Assembly (NCBI GenBank): GCA_035503835.1 | Contig: DATJSY010000009.1 | Coordinates: 3,130 to 67,129, forward strand | Reading direction: 5' to 3' | DNA length: 64,000 nt | From: Acidobacteriaceae bacterium | GTDB taxonomy: Bacteria; Acidobacteriota; Terriglobia; Terriglobales; Acidobacteriaceae | In this document: positions 37,527-48,204 of the stretch, in pieces | How positions within the stretch are numbered: the stretch's first letter is position 1 | Layout: every line of letters starts with the position of its first letter | Made by a program: the position numbers and the translations under genes | The notes under the pieces: model-generated | The model's input: only the letters and a program-made list of their open reading frames with translations | Database searches by the model: none | Told to the model about the DNA's origin: nothing

Positions 37527-38795
37527 TCAGTGCTGTGGGTCGCCCGCGGCGGTACCCGTCGCGGAGTCAGTGGCCGAGCTTTCCAGCGGCTGCTTCGCGG
37601 CAAAGTAGCTGTCGTTCCACAGATCGCGGTAGAAGACGCCTGCCAGTTCGGCGGCCTTCGGGCCATACGTGGCGCGGCCACCCTCGAGGAAGAAGACCAC
37701 CACGACTCTGCCGTACTGCGTGTCCGCGTAAGAGGCGAACCAGCCGAAGCGCGTGCCGTCGTCGGAGCAGGTGCCGGTCTTGCCGAGCACGGGAAACTGA
37801 CTGAAGTTGATGCGCAGCGAGCGGGCCGTGCCGTAGCGCACTACAGCGGCCATGCCATCCTGCAGCGCGGGCAGAATCCGGGAAATGTCCAGGGTTCGCT
37901 TGATGCGCGGCTGGAAATCCGCCACCTGCTCGGGCGTGGTGGGGTGCTGGAGGTAATAGAGCGTGCCTCCGTTGGCGATGGCGGCGACCAGCGCGCCCAG
38001 TTGCAGCGGCGTGAGCGAAACGCCTTCACCGAAGGAGCACATGCGCCCCACGCCGCCTGCGCTGGCCGGAATCGGCTGGTCGGGATACAGGCCCGGCTTT
38101 TCGCCCGGGATATTCCAGCCCGCCAGCTCACCCAGGCCGAACTCCGTGGCATAGTGGCGCACGCGCTCAAAGCCCAGCCGGCGGCCCAGCGTCTCAAAGT
38201 AAAGATTGTTGGAGTGGGCCAGCGCCTCGGTGAGGTTCAGATAGTAATGCCCGCCCAGATTCACGGGCGTGTCTTCCGTGATGATGCCCTCGGAAAGAGC
38301 TGCGAGCGCCACGCTCAGCTTGATCGTCGAGCAGGGCTCGGCGCCACTGGAAAGCGCCAGCTTCTGATTCACCATGGCGAGGATGCGGCCGTTCGAGGGA
38401 TCGATGGCGACCACAGTCCCGTTCATGTTGCCGAGCGCGTCGATCGCTGCCTGGCGCACCACGGGGTCTTCGCCCGCGGTCACGTCGCCCGCGGTCTGAT
38501 CGGTGGTGGCAAAGGAGTCGGCGGTGAAGCGCTCGTAGTACCGATGCCGCACATAATGGCGGCGGATGCGCCTGCGGGTCAGGGTCGCCGACGCCACGTG
38601 AGCGTGGGTCGTCCGCCGCGTGGACCCGCGCGCTGCCGTCCTGCGCTGTGTGATGGTCCGCCGGTGCGCGGTCGTCGCGATATGGGTTCGCGTGTGGGTG
38701 CGGTGCACAGGCTTAGCCGTGCTGGTGGTAGCGGCCCCAAACAGAGTGGGACCGGCAAGAAGTGCTGACAGCAAAAAGAGAGCAACACGCTTCAT
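37527..38795 (-). CDS. Penicillin-binding transpeptidase-domain protein (PBP/class-D-like fold)
   Basis: I used the internal ATG at 38793-38795, which gives the signal peptide MKRVALFLLSALLAGPTLFG. The SxxK (CSTIK), SxN (HSNN) and KTG (GKTGT) motifs are present. The N-terminal region is rich in His, Arg and Thr. Confidence 0.75.
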   Translation of the reverse strand: MKRVALFLLSALLAGPTLFGAATTSTAKPVHRTHTRTHIATTAHRRTITQRRTAARGSTRRTTHAHVASATLTRRRIRRHYVRHRYYERFTADSFATTDQTAGDVTAGEDPVVRQAAIDALGNMNGTVVAIDPSNGRILAMVNQKLALSSGAEPCSTIKLSVALAALSEGIITEDTPVNLGGHYYLNLTEALAHSNNLYFETLGRRLGFERVRHYATEFGLGELAGWNIPGEKPGLYPDQPIPASAGGVGRMCSFGEGVSLTPLQLGALVAAIANGGTLYYLQHPTTPEQVADFQPRIKRTLDISRILPALQDGMAAVVRYGTARSLRINFSQFPVLGKTGTCSDDGTRFGWFASYADTQYGRVVVVFFLEGGRATYGPKAAELAGVFYRDLWNDSYFAAKQPLESSATDSATGTAAGDPQH

Positions 38796-39096
38796 CACGA
38801 GATGGTCTTCCTCTGCCTCGGCCTGCTTCTCTTGTCGTGCTGCGGAAGGGACCGGGTACAGCCAGCCGGGAGCCGGAGTCTTTCGCAGTTTCCCGGATCG
38901 GCAACTCGGTTCCAGTTTCGGATTACGCGAGTGGCGACTCCGCCTGTTCTCCGCATCCTGCACAGCGCGCGTGGCGACCGGCAAGGCCGCTGCTGCGCAG
39001 CCAATCAGGATGCTGAACAGGAACTCTGGGTTCACTATAGCCGGTATCTGTTGCCTGTCCAGTACATTCCCGCACGGCGATCATGTCACTTTGGTG

Positions 39097-40500
39097 TCAT
39101 AGCCCGCCCTTGCGCAGGAAGGCGGGGATTTCCAGGTTCTCCGCGGGTTCCTCCTCGAAGCCCGCGTGGGGCGCGACCACGGTGGGGGGTTGATTCGGAT
39201 CTTCAGCGACGGCCACCCGGACCACCGCTTCCTGTGCCGGCTGTTCGCCGGACGCTGTCTTCAGAGGAGCGGAATCGGCGCGCGTCGTCTCGTCTTCCGG
39301 TTCTTCCTCGCGGGGCCGGAACGCCGAAATCACTTCCCGCGCGGTCACCGGCACGAAGACCGACGGTTCGCTGGGCGCAGCAGCCGGGGCGATATCATCG
39401 TCCTCTTCCTCGCCGGCAAAACGCGGCGTCACCGGCTGCGCGCCGATCGAGGGCTGGCGGCTGCCCGCGGGTTGTGCGCGCAGAGCCGCGCTCAGCAGGT
39501 GCTCGCGGCGTTCCTCCGATCCCTGGCGAAAGCCCGTCGCGATCACCGTGATCTTGACGTCGTCGCCCATCTTTTCGTCCAGTACCGCGCCAAAGATGAT
39601 GTTCGCGTCTTCGTGCGACGCGCACTGGATGAGCGAGGATGCCTCATTGACTTCGCTCAGCCTGAGCGTGCTCGAACCGGTGATGTTGATGAGAATGCCG
39701 CGTGCGCCGTCGATGGCGCCGGCTTCCAGCAGCGGAGAAGCCATGGCCGCCTGCGCCGCCTCGATCGCGCGGTTGGTTCCGCTGCGAATCGCGGTGCCCA
39801 TGACCGCGTAGCCCATGCCGGCCATCGTGGTCTTCACATCGGCAAAGTCGCGGTTGATGATGCCGGGAATCGTGATGATGTCGGAGATCCCCTGGACGCC
39901 CTGGCGCAACACGTCGTCGGCGATGCGGAAGGACTCGAAGAAGCCGGCGTCCCTGGCGACGGCAAGCAGCTTTTCGTTGGGGATAACGATCATGGTGTCC
40001 ACGCTCTCCAGCAGCTCGGCCATGCCGCGCTCGGCCTGCACCATGCGGCGCTTGCCTTCGAAGGCGAAGGGCCGCGTGACCACCGCGACGGTGAGCGCGC
40101 CCATCTCGCTGGCCAGCGAGGCGATGACCGGAGCGGCGCCGGTGCCCGTTCCGCCGCCGAGGCCGGCGGTGACGAAGACCATGTCCGCGCCTTCCAGCGC
40201 TTCGATGATCTTCTCCGAGTCTTCCAGCGCGGCGCGCCGGCCGACATCGGGGTTCGCGCCCGCGCCCAGCCCGCTGGTCAGCTTGACCCCGAGCTGCAGC
40301 TTGACGGCGGCGTGCGACAACTGCAGCGCCTGGCGGTCGGTGTTGGCGGCGATGAACTCCACGCCTTCCATGCTGGCCGCGATCATGCGATTGACCGCGT
40401 TGCCGCCGCCGCCACCCACCCCGATGACCTTGATCTTTGCGCTGCGCGGAATTTCGTCATGATACTGAATGCGGATTTCTTCTGGCTGATTCGTCGGCAT
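39097..40500 (-). CDS. ftsZ: Cell division GTPase FtsZ
   Basis: This is the internal ATG at 40498-40500 of the 816-aa track [21 protein letters not shown]...[13 protein letters not shown]... is followed by the C-terminal peptide LEIPAFLRK. Confidence 0.95.
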   Translation of the reverse strand: MPTNQPEEIRIQYHDEIPRSAKIKVIGVGGGGGNAVNRMIAASMEGVEFIAANTDRQALQLSHAAVKLQLGVKLTSGLGAGANPDVGRRAALEDSEKIIEALEGADMVFVTAGLGGGTGTGAAPVIASLASEMGALTVAVVTRPFAFEGKRRMVQAERGMAELLESVDTMIVIPNEKLLAVARDAGFFESFRIADDVLRQGVQGISDIITIPGIINRDFADVKTTMAGMGYAVMGTAIRSGTNRAIEAAQAAMASPLLEAGAIDGARGILINITGSSTLRLSEVNEASSLIQCASHEDANIIFGAVLDEKMGDDVKITVIATGFRQGSEERREHLLSAALRAQPAGSRQPSIGAQPVTPRFAGEEEDDDIAPAAAPSEPSVFVPVTAREVISAFRPREEEPEDETTRADSAPLKTASGEQPAQEAVVRVAVAEDPNQPPTVVAPHAGFEEEPAENLEIPAFLRKGGL

Positions 40501-40556
40501 CGGATCCTCTGTGTTCCTGCTGGTTGCTTCCGTTCCTCTATCCCGGAGCCCTGGTC

Positions 40557-41774
40557 TTACAGGCTCCCGGCAAACATTGCGCGCAGCTTGGCGCGCAGAC
40601 TCTGGTTTTCCTCCGCACGCGACTGGCTGGTGCGGTGCGCGTACAGCAAAGCTCCGGTAAGCACGGCGCACTCCGGCACGGCCAGCTCCGAAGGCATGCG
40701 CGAAAGCGGTACCGGCGAGCCGATGCGCGCGGGCACCCGGAGCAGGCTTTCCGCCGTGTCCAGCATGCCCGGCAGGCGCGCGCCGCCGCCGGTGAGCACG
40801 CAGCCCGCGCCCAGCGCCTCCAGCACGCCTCCCTGGCGCAGATTGGTGCGCAGCATCTGGAAGAGTTCTCTCGCGCGCGGCTCCAGAATTTCGCTGATCA
40901 TGCGCTGCCGCACCACGCGCGGCGCGTAACCCTGCAGGCCGGTCAGTTCCACCTCGCTGAGCTGCGGGACCGCGGTCACGGTGGCGTGTCCGTAATGGAG
41001 CTTCAGGAAGTCCGCCTCGGGAGCGGTGACGCGCAGCCCGACGGCCAGGTCGTTGGTGAAGTGGTCGCCGCCGATTGGCACCACCGAGGTGTGCGCCACC
41101 GAGCCCTCGAAGAAGACGACCAGCTCCGAGGTCGATGCGCCGATGTCCAGCAGGCAGACGCCCAGCTCCCGCTCGTCGGCAGAAAGCGTAGCCTCCGCGG
41201 CGGCGATGGCTTCGAAGACCGTTTCCGTGATCTCGAGGCCGGCGCGGTTGGCGCAGGTGACCAGGCTTTGCAGCGCGCTGGCCGAACTGGTAGCGATGTG
41301 CAGATTCACTTCCAGCCGGTTGCCGATCATCCCCACTGGATCGAGGATGCCCGGCTGCTCGTCGAGGATGAACTGCTGCGGCAGCAGATGCAGCACATCG
41401 CGGTCCGCGGGCAGCAAGATGGACCGCGCGCGATCGACCGCCGCGCGGACATCGTCGCGGGTGATCTCGCGGAGGCGCGCGCCCAGGCTGATGCCGCCAC
41501 GGCTGTTCACGCCGCGGATGTGCGGGCCGCCCACAGCGACGACGCACTTTTCAATCGCGGTCTCCGCGGACTCCTCGGCCGCCGTGGCCGCGCGGTTGAT
41601 CGTCTCAGTGGCCGGTCGCAGGTCGGCGATCATGCCCTTGCGCATGCCCGCCGCGTCGGCCATCCCGTGCCCGCGATAGCGCAGCGCGCCCTCCTGAATC
41701 TCGGCCACCAGCACGCGCACTTTGGCGCTGCCGATATCCATGACGGCGATGACATTCTCCGGCTGCTGGCTCAA
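40557..41774 (-). CDS. ftsA: Cell division protein FtsA
   Basis: [18 protein letters not shown]...[16 protein letters not shown]...[11 protein letters not shown] shows the actin-like fold motifs. Confidence 0.92.
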   Translation of the reverse strand: MSQQPENVIAVMDIGSAKVRVLVAEIQEGALRYRGHGMADAAGMRKGMIADLRPATETINRAATAAEESAETAIEKCVVAVGGPHIRGVNSRGGISLGARLREITRDDVRAAVDRARSILLPADRDVLHLLPQQFILDEQPGILDPVGMIGNRLEVNLHIATSSASALQSLVTCANRAGLEITETVFEAIAAAEATLSADERELGVCLLDIGASTSELVVFFEGSVAHTSVVPIGGDHFTNDLAVGLRVTAPEADFLKLHYGHATVTAVPQLSEVELTGLQGYAPRVVRQRMISEILEPRARELFQMLRTNLRQGGVLEALGAGCVLTGGGARLPGMLDTAESLLRVPARIGSPVPLSRMPSELAVPECAVLTGALLYAHRTSQSRAEENQSLRAKLRAMFAGSL

Positions 41775-42859
41775 CGCATCCTCCGGCGAGCACGGCTGCT
41801 GATCGGCCGCCCGGTCTGCCTGGCCTTCTGCTTTTTTGCTGCCCTGGCTGGCCTGCTCTTTCCGCCTGCGGGCCTGGCTGCTGCCGGAGCCGGCGGATTC
41901 GCCAACTTCAGCACCACCTCATCGCTGTAGCGCAGGTCCACGGACGCCAGATTCGGATACTGCGCGCGCCACTGCGCAATGTGCGCCTGGTAATTCTGCC
42001 AGCGGGCCAGGAAATCCTCGTGCCCGAAGTAGAGAAGAACGCCGGTTTCGTTCGAGGCAACGGTGGCCTTCAGGTCATCCAGATCCGACAGATTGATTTC
42101 GCTGAATTGCGCGGAGATACTTTGTCCGCCGGCATCGAGGTCGTGCAGGAACCGCCGGTAGAGCTGCATGCGCGCGGCGCGCACTGCGGACGGATCGCTG
42201 GGATGGATGCCCGTCACCACCGGAAACGAATAGCGCCTGGCCGCCATTTCCTGGGGCGACATTTGCAGCAGCACTCCTGCGGCGTCCACCAGTTCAATCT
42301 GGCCGTTCACTTCGGCAAAGGCGATGGGCGTGCGTTCCGCGACCGCGACCCGGATCTGGTTGGGCAGAATGCGCATCACCGTGGCGCGCTCGACCCACGG
42401 AATCTGCTCCAGCTGCGTCTGCCGCTGCTCCAGCGGGACATAAAAGATGTTGTGCCCGATGTCGTGGCCGAAGACGGACAGCAGATCGGCGCGGGTCAGC
42501 TGGCTGTTGCCGACAATCTGGATGGAGGACGCCGACGCGATGGTGAAGCGCGGGTCATGGTGCAGGAAATCTGTCGTCTGCCAGACGACGGCGACCACGC
42601 CGCCCAGCACCGCCAGCACGCAGGCCGCGAACGCCGGCCTTCCCCAGCGGGTGCGGGCCCACGCAGGCAGGATGCCGCGCCGGATGGGAACGCGCCGCCG
42701 CGCCCGCAGGAAAGGTTCTCCGGTCTCGCTGTCCGCATCCGCGCGCGAGTCACGAAATGAGCGCAACGCCTCGGAATCGCCCGCGGGCGGACGATAAAAA
42801 TCGTCCCCTGGCTCCTCCAGAATTGCTGTGCCTCCGTGTTGGTCCGGTTGTCTCGCCAC
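41771..42859 (-). CDS. ftsQ: Cell division protein FtsQ (POTRA domain)
   Basis: The position directly upstream of ftsA supports the call. There is a single TM segment (FAACVLAVLGGVVAVVW). IQIVGNSQLTRADLLSVF...ERATVMRILPNQIRVAVAER. A basic Ala/Pro/Lys/Arg tail overlaps the ftsA start by 4 nt. Confidence 0.8.
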   Translation of the reverse strand: MARQPDQHGGTAILEEPGDDFYRPPAGDSEALRSFRDSRADADSETGEPFLRARRRVPIRRGILPAWARTRWGRPAFAACVLAVLGGVVAVVWQTTDFLHHDPRFTIASASSIQIVGNSQLTRADLLSVFGHDIGHNIFYVPLEQRQTQLEQIPWVERATVMRILPNQIRVAVAERTPIAFAEVNGQIELVDAAGVLLQMSPQEMAARRYSFPVVTGIHPSDPSAVRAARMQLYRRFLHDLDAGGQSISAQFSEINLSDLDDLKATVASNETGVLLYFGHEDFLARWQNYQAHIAQWRAQYPNLASVDLRYSDEVVLKLANPPAPAAARPAGGKSRPARAAKKQKARQTGRPISSRARRRMR

Positions 42860-42966
42860 GCCCGAGCAAGGCCGTGAGAATCGCCGCTTTGACTATAGCG
42901 TGCCGCCCCTGTGGATCGGCAGGGAAATCCGGCAGGTATCAGGGTAGGGAACAGAGAGCCGGGTGC

Positions 42967-42997
42967 CCCACTTCTGCCCGTTATTGGCAGAAGTGGG
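42967..42997 (-). terminator. Strong hairpin between the membrane-protein gene and ftsQ (no U-tract)
   Basis: CCCACTTCTGCC / GGCAGAAGTGGG forms a 12-bp perfect stem with a 7-nt loop, 18 nt downstream of the stop at 43015. Confidence 0.4.
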
Positions 42998-43014
42998 AGG
43001 GCAGGATGCCGGAA

Positions 43015-43605
43015 CTACCGCGCGAGCGGCTTGCCCGCATGTCTGTGTTTCGTTTTCCGCGGCCGCTTGGTCCACAACGGAGCGCCCCACACGCCCGCGG
43101 CTAACAAGGCCGCGAAGACCACCACCGCGTCCAGGCTTTCGCGCCCCTGAAAGGTCCAGGTGGAGTCGCGAATGTTGGTCCACATGGCGAACTCGTCGAG
43201 CGTGAGCGCGGCACCCACACCATAAGAGATCGACACCAGGCGGCTGGCCAGCAGCGAGAGCGGCGTCGCCCGCGTGCCCCACTCCGCCACCATGCCGTAG
43301 CCGGAGACGAGCAGCAGCAGAATACCCCACACCAGATGGTGGACGTGCATGCCGCCGATCGTGACCCAGGCGAAAGGCGGAACGTGGAAGTAGACGAGGA
43401 CCACCGCCAGCCGCACCCCGACAAACGCCACCAGAAAGCTGGTGGCCGCAATCAGCAGACGCCGGCGCGGTCGGTCGGGGATGCGCTCGTGGAGGATGCG
43501 GCCAGCCTCGGTCAGATACAGCAGAATCAGCATGGTCGCCACGCACGCCGCGGCGAAAATCAGCAGCACCCAGGTCCCGTTTCCGTGCATGGCTTCATTC
43601 TCCAC
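43015..43605 (-). CDS. Hypothetical polytopic membrane protein
   Basis: It has four to five hydrophobic segments and a GGMHVHHLVWG motif. I recognise no family. Confidence 0.6.
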   Translation of the reverse strand: MENEAMHGNGTWVLLIFAAACVATMLILLYLTEAGRILHERIPDRPRRRLLIAATSFLVAFVGVRLAVVLVYFHVPPFAWVTIGGMHVHHLVWGILLLLVSGYGMVAEWGTRATPLSLLASRLVSISYGVGAALTLDEFAMWTNIRDSTWTFQGRESLDAVVVFAALLAAGVWGAPLWTKRPRKTKHRHAGKPLAR

Positions 43606-43670
43606 CCGTTGGAACCTGCCCCTCTATAATCAGACTGGGCGACTTTATCTATCGGCCCCGGAACCACGTC

Positions 43671-46600
43671 TTGAGCGATGAGATTATTATCCGCGGCGCG
43701 CGGACTCACAATCTGAAGAACATCGACTGCGCCATCCCCCACGGGAAGCTCACCGTCGTTTCCGGAGTCTCCGGCTCGGGCAAGTCTTCGCTCGCCTTCG
43801 ACACCATTTATGCCGAGGGCCAGCGGCGCTACGTGGAGTCGCTCTCCGCCTACGCCCGCCAGTTTCTGGAGCGGATGGAGAAGCCCGATGTGGACCTGAT
43901 CGACGGGCTGGCGCCGGCGATCGCCATCCGCCAGAAGAACTCCACGCGGAATCCGCGCTCCACCGTGGCCACGGCGACCGAGATTTACGACTACATGCGC
44001 CTGCTGTGGGCGCGCTGCGGCGTGGTGCACTGCACGGTTTGCGGAGGCGTGGTCCGCCGCGACACCGTCGACGAAATTGTCGCGACGATCCTCACTCTGG
44101 GCGAAGGAACCCGCCTGCACGCGCTCTTTCCGGTGCAGCCACTGGCCGCTGCGCCGGTCTCGCCGGCAGGCGACGGGAAATCCGCGCCGGCCAAATCCCC
44201 CCGACGGACGCGCAAAGCCGCCCCTGCCGCTGCGGAAGCGACGAAGGACGGGCCCCAATCGGGCTTGTCCGACGCGCTGCACGAACGGCTCTTCGATCTG
44301 CGCAGGCGCGGCTTCAATCGCCTCTACCAGAACGGCGCGATTTACGAATTCTCCACGCCCGAGTCGCTGCTGGAGATCGATTTCGCCCTGCCGGTCTACG
44401 TTCTCGTCGACCGCATCGTGATCTCCCCGGAGAACCGCGCCCGCATTGTGGACGCCGCCGAGATCGGCTACCGCGAGTCAGGAGAAATTCTGTTCGAGCT
44501 GGTTCGCCGTGGCGAACCATTCTCCCCGGTCATCCTGAGCGAAGCGAGCGCAGGGAACGCAGTCGAAGGGCCTGCATTTTCAGCAACTCGTTTCTCCGCC
44601 GCCTTCGAGTGCAAAACCTGCTATCGGGTGTATCGCGAGCCGGAGCCAAGCCTGTTTTCCTTCAACAATCCCTTCGGCGCCTGCCCGCGCTGCCAGGGAT
44701 TCGGCAACACCATCGACTTCGACCTCGACCTGATCATTCCGGACAAGACGAAGGCGCTCGATGAAGGCGCTATCGATCCCTGGAATCGGCCCAAATACCG
44801 CAGTTATCTGACCGAGCTGCGCCGCGCGGCCCGTCAAAACGGCATCCCGCTCGATGTGCCCTGGTGGGATCTGACGCCGGAGCAGCAGAGTTTCGTCCTT
44901 GACGGCTGCGGCTCGTTTCCGGGGGTGCACGGGTTCTTCGCGCTGCTCGAACGCAGGAAGTACAAGCTGCACGTCCGCGTGATGCTGTCGAAATACCGCG
45001 GCTACGCGCTTTGTCCCGACTGCAAAGGGCAGCGCCTGCGCGCGGAGGCGCGCGCCGTCAGTATCGCGGAGAAGAACATCTGCGAAGCAGCCTCGCTCAC
45101 CATCGGCGCCGCGGCGCAGTTCTTCTCATCGCTCCGGCTCACTCCCATGCAGGAAGAGATCGCCGGCAGCATCCTTGAGGAAATCCGGCAGCGCCTGCAT
45201 TTTCTCGATGCGGTCGGCCTCGATTACCTCACGCTGGATCGCCTGGCTTCCACGCTGTCGGGCGGCGAATCGCAGCGCATCCAGCTCGCCACTTCGCTGG
45301 GTTCGCGGCTGGTGGGCGCACTCTATGTTCTCGACGAGCCTTCCATTGGCCTGCATCCGCGCGACACGGCGCGGCTCATCCGCATCCTCGATGAGCTGCG
45401 CGATTTGGGCAACACCATCCTGGTCGTCGAGCACGATCCCGACGTTCTGCGCGCCGCCGATTATCTGCTCGATCTCGGCCCCGGCGCGGGCGAATTTGGC
45501 GGCAAGGTGCTGGCCGCCGGATCGATTGCCGAAGTTTCGGAGAACCCCGCTTCCATTACCGGGCGGTATCTCAGCGGTCACCTCACCATCCCCGTGCCAT
45601 CGCGCCGGAAGACGCCGGGCAGCGCCCGCGACTGGCTGCGCCTGCGCGGGGCGCGCGCCCACAACCTCAAAGGCATCGACGTCGACATTCCGCTGAACCT
45701 GCTGGTCTGCATCACCGGAGTTTCGGGATCGGGAAAATCCACGCTGGTTCACGATGTGCTGTACAAGGCTGTCTCGCACGCGCTGGGCCGCATCGAGGGC
45801 GGCGACCCGACCGGCGTCTACCGCGACCTCAGGGGCGCAGAGCGCCTGAATGACATCGTGCTCGTCGACCAGACGCCCATCGGCCGCACGCCGCGCTCGA
45901 ATCCCGTGACGTACATCAAGGCCTTCGACGCGATTCGCGAGCTGTTCGCAGCGCAGCCCGAGGCGCAAAGGCGCGGCTACACCCCGGGCCACTTCTCCTT
46001 CAACGTTCCCGGAGGCCGCTGCGACGTCTGCGAAGGCGACGGAACTGTAACTGTGGAGATGCAGTTCCTGGCCGACGTTGAGCTGCCCTGCGATGAATGT
46101 AATGGCACGCGTTACAAAGCCTCGACGCTGGAGATTCACTACAAAAACCGCAGCATCCACGAGGTGCTGCAGATGACCGTCCGCGAGGCACTGCGTTTCT
46201 TCACGGGCCACCCAAAAATTGTGGACAAGCTGGCGGTGCTGGAGGAAATCGGTCTCGGCTACGTCCGGCTCGGCCAATCGGCGACCACACTCTCCGGAGG
46301 CGAGGCCCAGCGCGTCAAGCTCGCCGCGCATCTGGCCTTCACGCGCTCGGCCGAGCGCGGTTCCGGCGACGGCAAACGCGGGGGCAGCCGCGTGCTCTAC
46401 ATTCTCGACGAGCCCACCACGGGGCTGCATTTCGACGATGTCGGCAAGCTGCTGGTCGCGCTGCGCAAGCTCATCGACAGCGGCGGCTCGCTGGTGGTCA
46501 TCGAGCACAATCTGGACGTCATCAAGTCCGCCGACTGGGTCATCGATCTCGGTCCCGAAGGTGGCGCTGCGGGTGGCCAGATCGTCGTCGCCGGCACGCC

Positions 46601-46715
46601 GGAAGACGTTGCCGGCAACGAACTCTCCCACACCGGCCAGTGGCTGGCTCGCATTCTTCAGGGCCACGCCGCGTCCCATTCCACCCCAGCCATCGAAAGC
46701 GAAGTTGTTCTGTGA
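43671..46715 (+). CDS. uvrA: Excinuclease ABC subunit UvrA
   Basis: [14 protein letters not shown]...[28 protein letters not shown]...[12 protein letters not shown]...[11 protein letters not shown]...[12 protein letters not shown]...VIEHNLDVI. It also contains an Ala/Pro/Lys-rich low-complexity insert (approx 44130-44290) and a second short extra segment (see findings). Confidence 0.95.
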   Translation: MSDEIIIRGARTHNLKNIDCAIPHGKLTVVSGVSGSGKSSLAFDTIYAEGQRRYVESLSAYARQFLERMEKPDVDLIDGLAPAIAIRQKNSTRNPRSTVATATEIYDYMRLLWARCGVVHCTVCGGVVRRDTVDEIVATILTLGEGTRLHALFPVQPLAAAPVSPAGDGKSAPAKSPRRTRKAAPAAAEATKDGPQSGLSDALHERLFDLRRRGFNRLYQNGAIYEFSTPESLLEIDFALPVYVLVDRIVISPENRARIVDAAEIGYRESGEILFELVRRGEPFSPVILSEASAGNAVEGPAFSATRFSAAFECKTCYRVYREPEPSLFSFNNPFGACPRCQGFGNTIDFDLDLIIPDKTKALDEGAIDPWNRPKYRSYLTELRRAARQNGIPLDVPWWDLTPEQQSFVLDGCGSFPGVHGFFALLERRKYKLHVRVMLSKYRGYALCPDCKGQRLRAEARAVSIAEKNICEAASLTIGAAAQFFSSLRLTPMQEEIAGSILEEIRQRLHFLDAVGLDYLTLDRLASTLSGGESQRIQLATSLGSRLVGALYVLDEPSIGLHPRDTARLIRILDELRDLGNTILVVEHDPDVLRAADYLLDLGPGAGEFGGKVLAAGSIAEVSENPASITGRYLSGHLTIPVPSRRKTPGSARDWLRLRGARAHNLKGIDVDIPLNLLVCITGVSGSGKSTLVHDVLYKAVSHALGRIEGGDPTGVYRDLRGAERLNDIVLVDQTPIGRTPRSNPVTYIKAFDAIRELFAAQPEAQRRGYTPGHFSFNVPGGRCDVCEGDGTVTVEMQFLADVELPCDECNGTRYKASTLEIHYKNRSIHEVLQMTVREALRFFTGHPKIVDKLAVLEEIGLGYVRLGQSATTLSGGEAQRVKLAAHLAFTRSAERGSGDGKRGGSRVLYILDEPTTGLHFDDVGKLLVALRKLIDSGGSLVVIEHNLDVIKSADWVIDLGPEGGAAGGQIVVAGTPEDVAGNELSHTGQWLARILQGHAASHSTPAIESEVVL

Positions 46716-48049
46716 AGTTTCCGTATCGATCCGTCCTCCGCCTTGTCCGCTGCACGCTGTACCCTGCACCCTGTACCCTCGCTTTTGCGCTCTGTCTTGC
46801 CCAGTCTGCGCCGCTGCCACCGGGAACTTCTGTCCCCGGCGACGTTCAGCAGCAAACGCAGCCCACAGCGCTGCAGGAGGCCGAATCGTCCATTGTGGGG
46901 AGGAACTACGCCGCCGCGGCGGCGCAGCTGGATGTCTGGCTCACCACGCACCCCACCGATGCTCGCGCACTCTTCGATCGCGGCTACGTGGCCGATGCGC
47001 AGGGACAGACGGCGGACGCCGAGTCGTGGTATCGCAGGGCCATCGCGGCCGATCCAAAGCAGTTTGAATCGCGCCTGGCCCTGGGTTTGATTCTTGCCGC
47101 CCAGGGCGACACGGCCGGCGCGCGCCAGCAGCTTTACGCCGCCACCACGCTCGAGCCCGATCCGCCCAATCCCGCCGCCAAAGCGCAGGCCTACCGGGCG
47201 CTGGCGCAACTGCTGCGCACCTCCGACCCCATTGGCGCGCGCGATGCGCTCGTGGAGGCGCTGAAGCTGACGCCGGAAACTCCGGCCGACACCCTGCTGG
47301 CCGCCCAGATTGCCGATGCCGCCGGCGACGCCGACCTGGCGGAACAGGAATATCGCAAGCTGCTCCAGGAACAGCCGGACTCGCCCCAGGCGACGGCGGG
47401 CCTGGCCCATCTGCTCATCCGGCAGAAGCGCTATACCGACGCGCAGCCGCTGATCTCCGCGGCGCTGCAACAGCATCCCAACGACCCCGCGCTGAATGCG
47501 CAGATGGCCGTGATCCTGAGCGCCGAGGGCAGGCAGGCCGATGCGCTGGACGTGCTCCGGAAGTTGCACACGCTGGAGCCGGCCAATCATGACGTGACCG
47601 GGATGCTGGCCGACGCGGAATTCCAGGTCGGCGATCTGGATGCGGCCGACGAGCTCTACCAGCAGCTCCTGGCCGCCACGCCCAACGATCCCGACCTGCT
47701 CGACTCCCATGGGCAGATCCTGATCCGCCGGCAGCATTATGCCGAAGCCCTCGCGGCGTTCCGGAAGGCCGCAGCCGCCCGCCCCGACGACGTGGACGCC
47801 TGGTCGGGGATTGCCTTTGCCGACTCGAAACTCGAGCGCTGGTCCGACGAAATCCAGGCGCTTTCCATGAGATCGAAATACGCATCGGAAAATCCCAGTA
47901 CCCTGTTCCTCTGGGCAACGGCATACGACAATCTCCATCAAAAGAACGCAGCGGCGGATTACTACCATCGCTTCCTCGCCGCGGCCCAGGGAAAATACCC
48001 AGACCAGGAGTGGCAGGCACGGCACCGACTGATCGCTCTCGAAAAATAA
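46712..48049 (+). CDS. TPR-repeat protein, secreted
   Basis: The GTG at 46712 overlaps the uvrA stop as GTGA. The N-terminus is signal-like ([12 protein letters not shown]...AFALCLAQS). Multiple TPR units are present (..ALFDRGYVADAQGQTADAESWYRRAIAADP..). Confidence 0.75.
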   Translation: MKFPYRSVLRLVRCTLYPAPCTLAFALCLAQSAPLPPGTSVPGDVQQQTQPTALQEAESSIVGRNYAAAAAQLDVWLTTHPTDARALFDRGYVADAQGQTADAESWYRRAIAADPKQFESRLALGLILAAQGDTAGARQQLYAATTLEPDPPNPAAKAQAYRALAQLLRTSDPIGARDALVEALKLTPETPADTLLAAQIADAAGDADLAEQEYRKLLQEQPDSPQATAGLAHLLIRQKRYTDAQPLISAALQQHPNDPALNAQMAVILSAEGRQADALDVLRKLHTLEPANHDVTGMLADAEFQVGDLDAADELYQQLLAATPNDPDLLDSHGQILIRRQHYAEALAAFRKAAAARPDDVDAWSGIAFADSKLERWSDEIQALSMRSKYASENPSTLFLWATAYDNLHQKNAAADYYHRFLAAAQGKYPDQEWQARHRLIALEK

Positions 48050-48204
48050 GTGGTGCTGCTCATCCCTCATGTCGCCGCACGGCGTCCGCGGGAAGAGCAT
48101 TCGGGTTCTGAGCGGCCGCTCCGCGCTTCCCGGGGGCGGCGCCGAGGCACAGTGCGCAGAACGTGGGACTCGCGCTGAGGCGGCGCGTTTTCCGGAGGTG
48201 CGCC

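Noticed and set aside
39097-41547. The 816-aa ORF suggesting a giant FtsZ.
   Set aside because: Only the last 467 codons are FtsZ. The N-terminal part overlaps ftsA in another frame and is Arg/Pro/Gly-rich shadow sequence.
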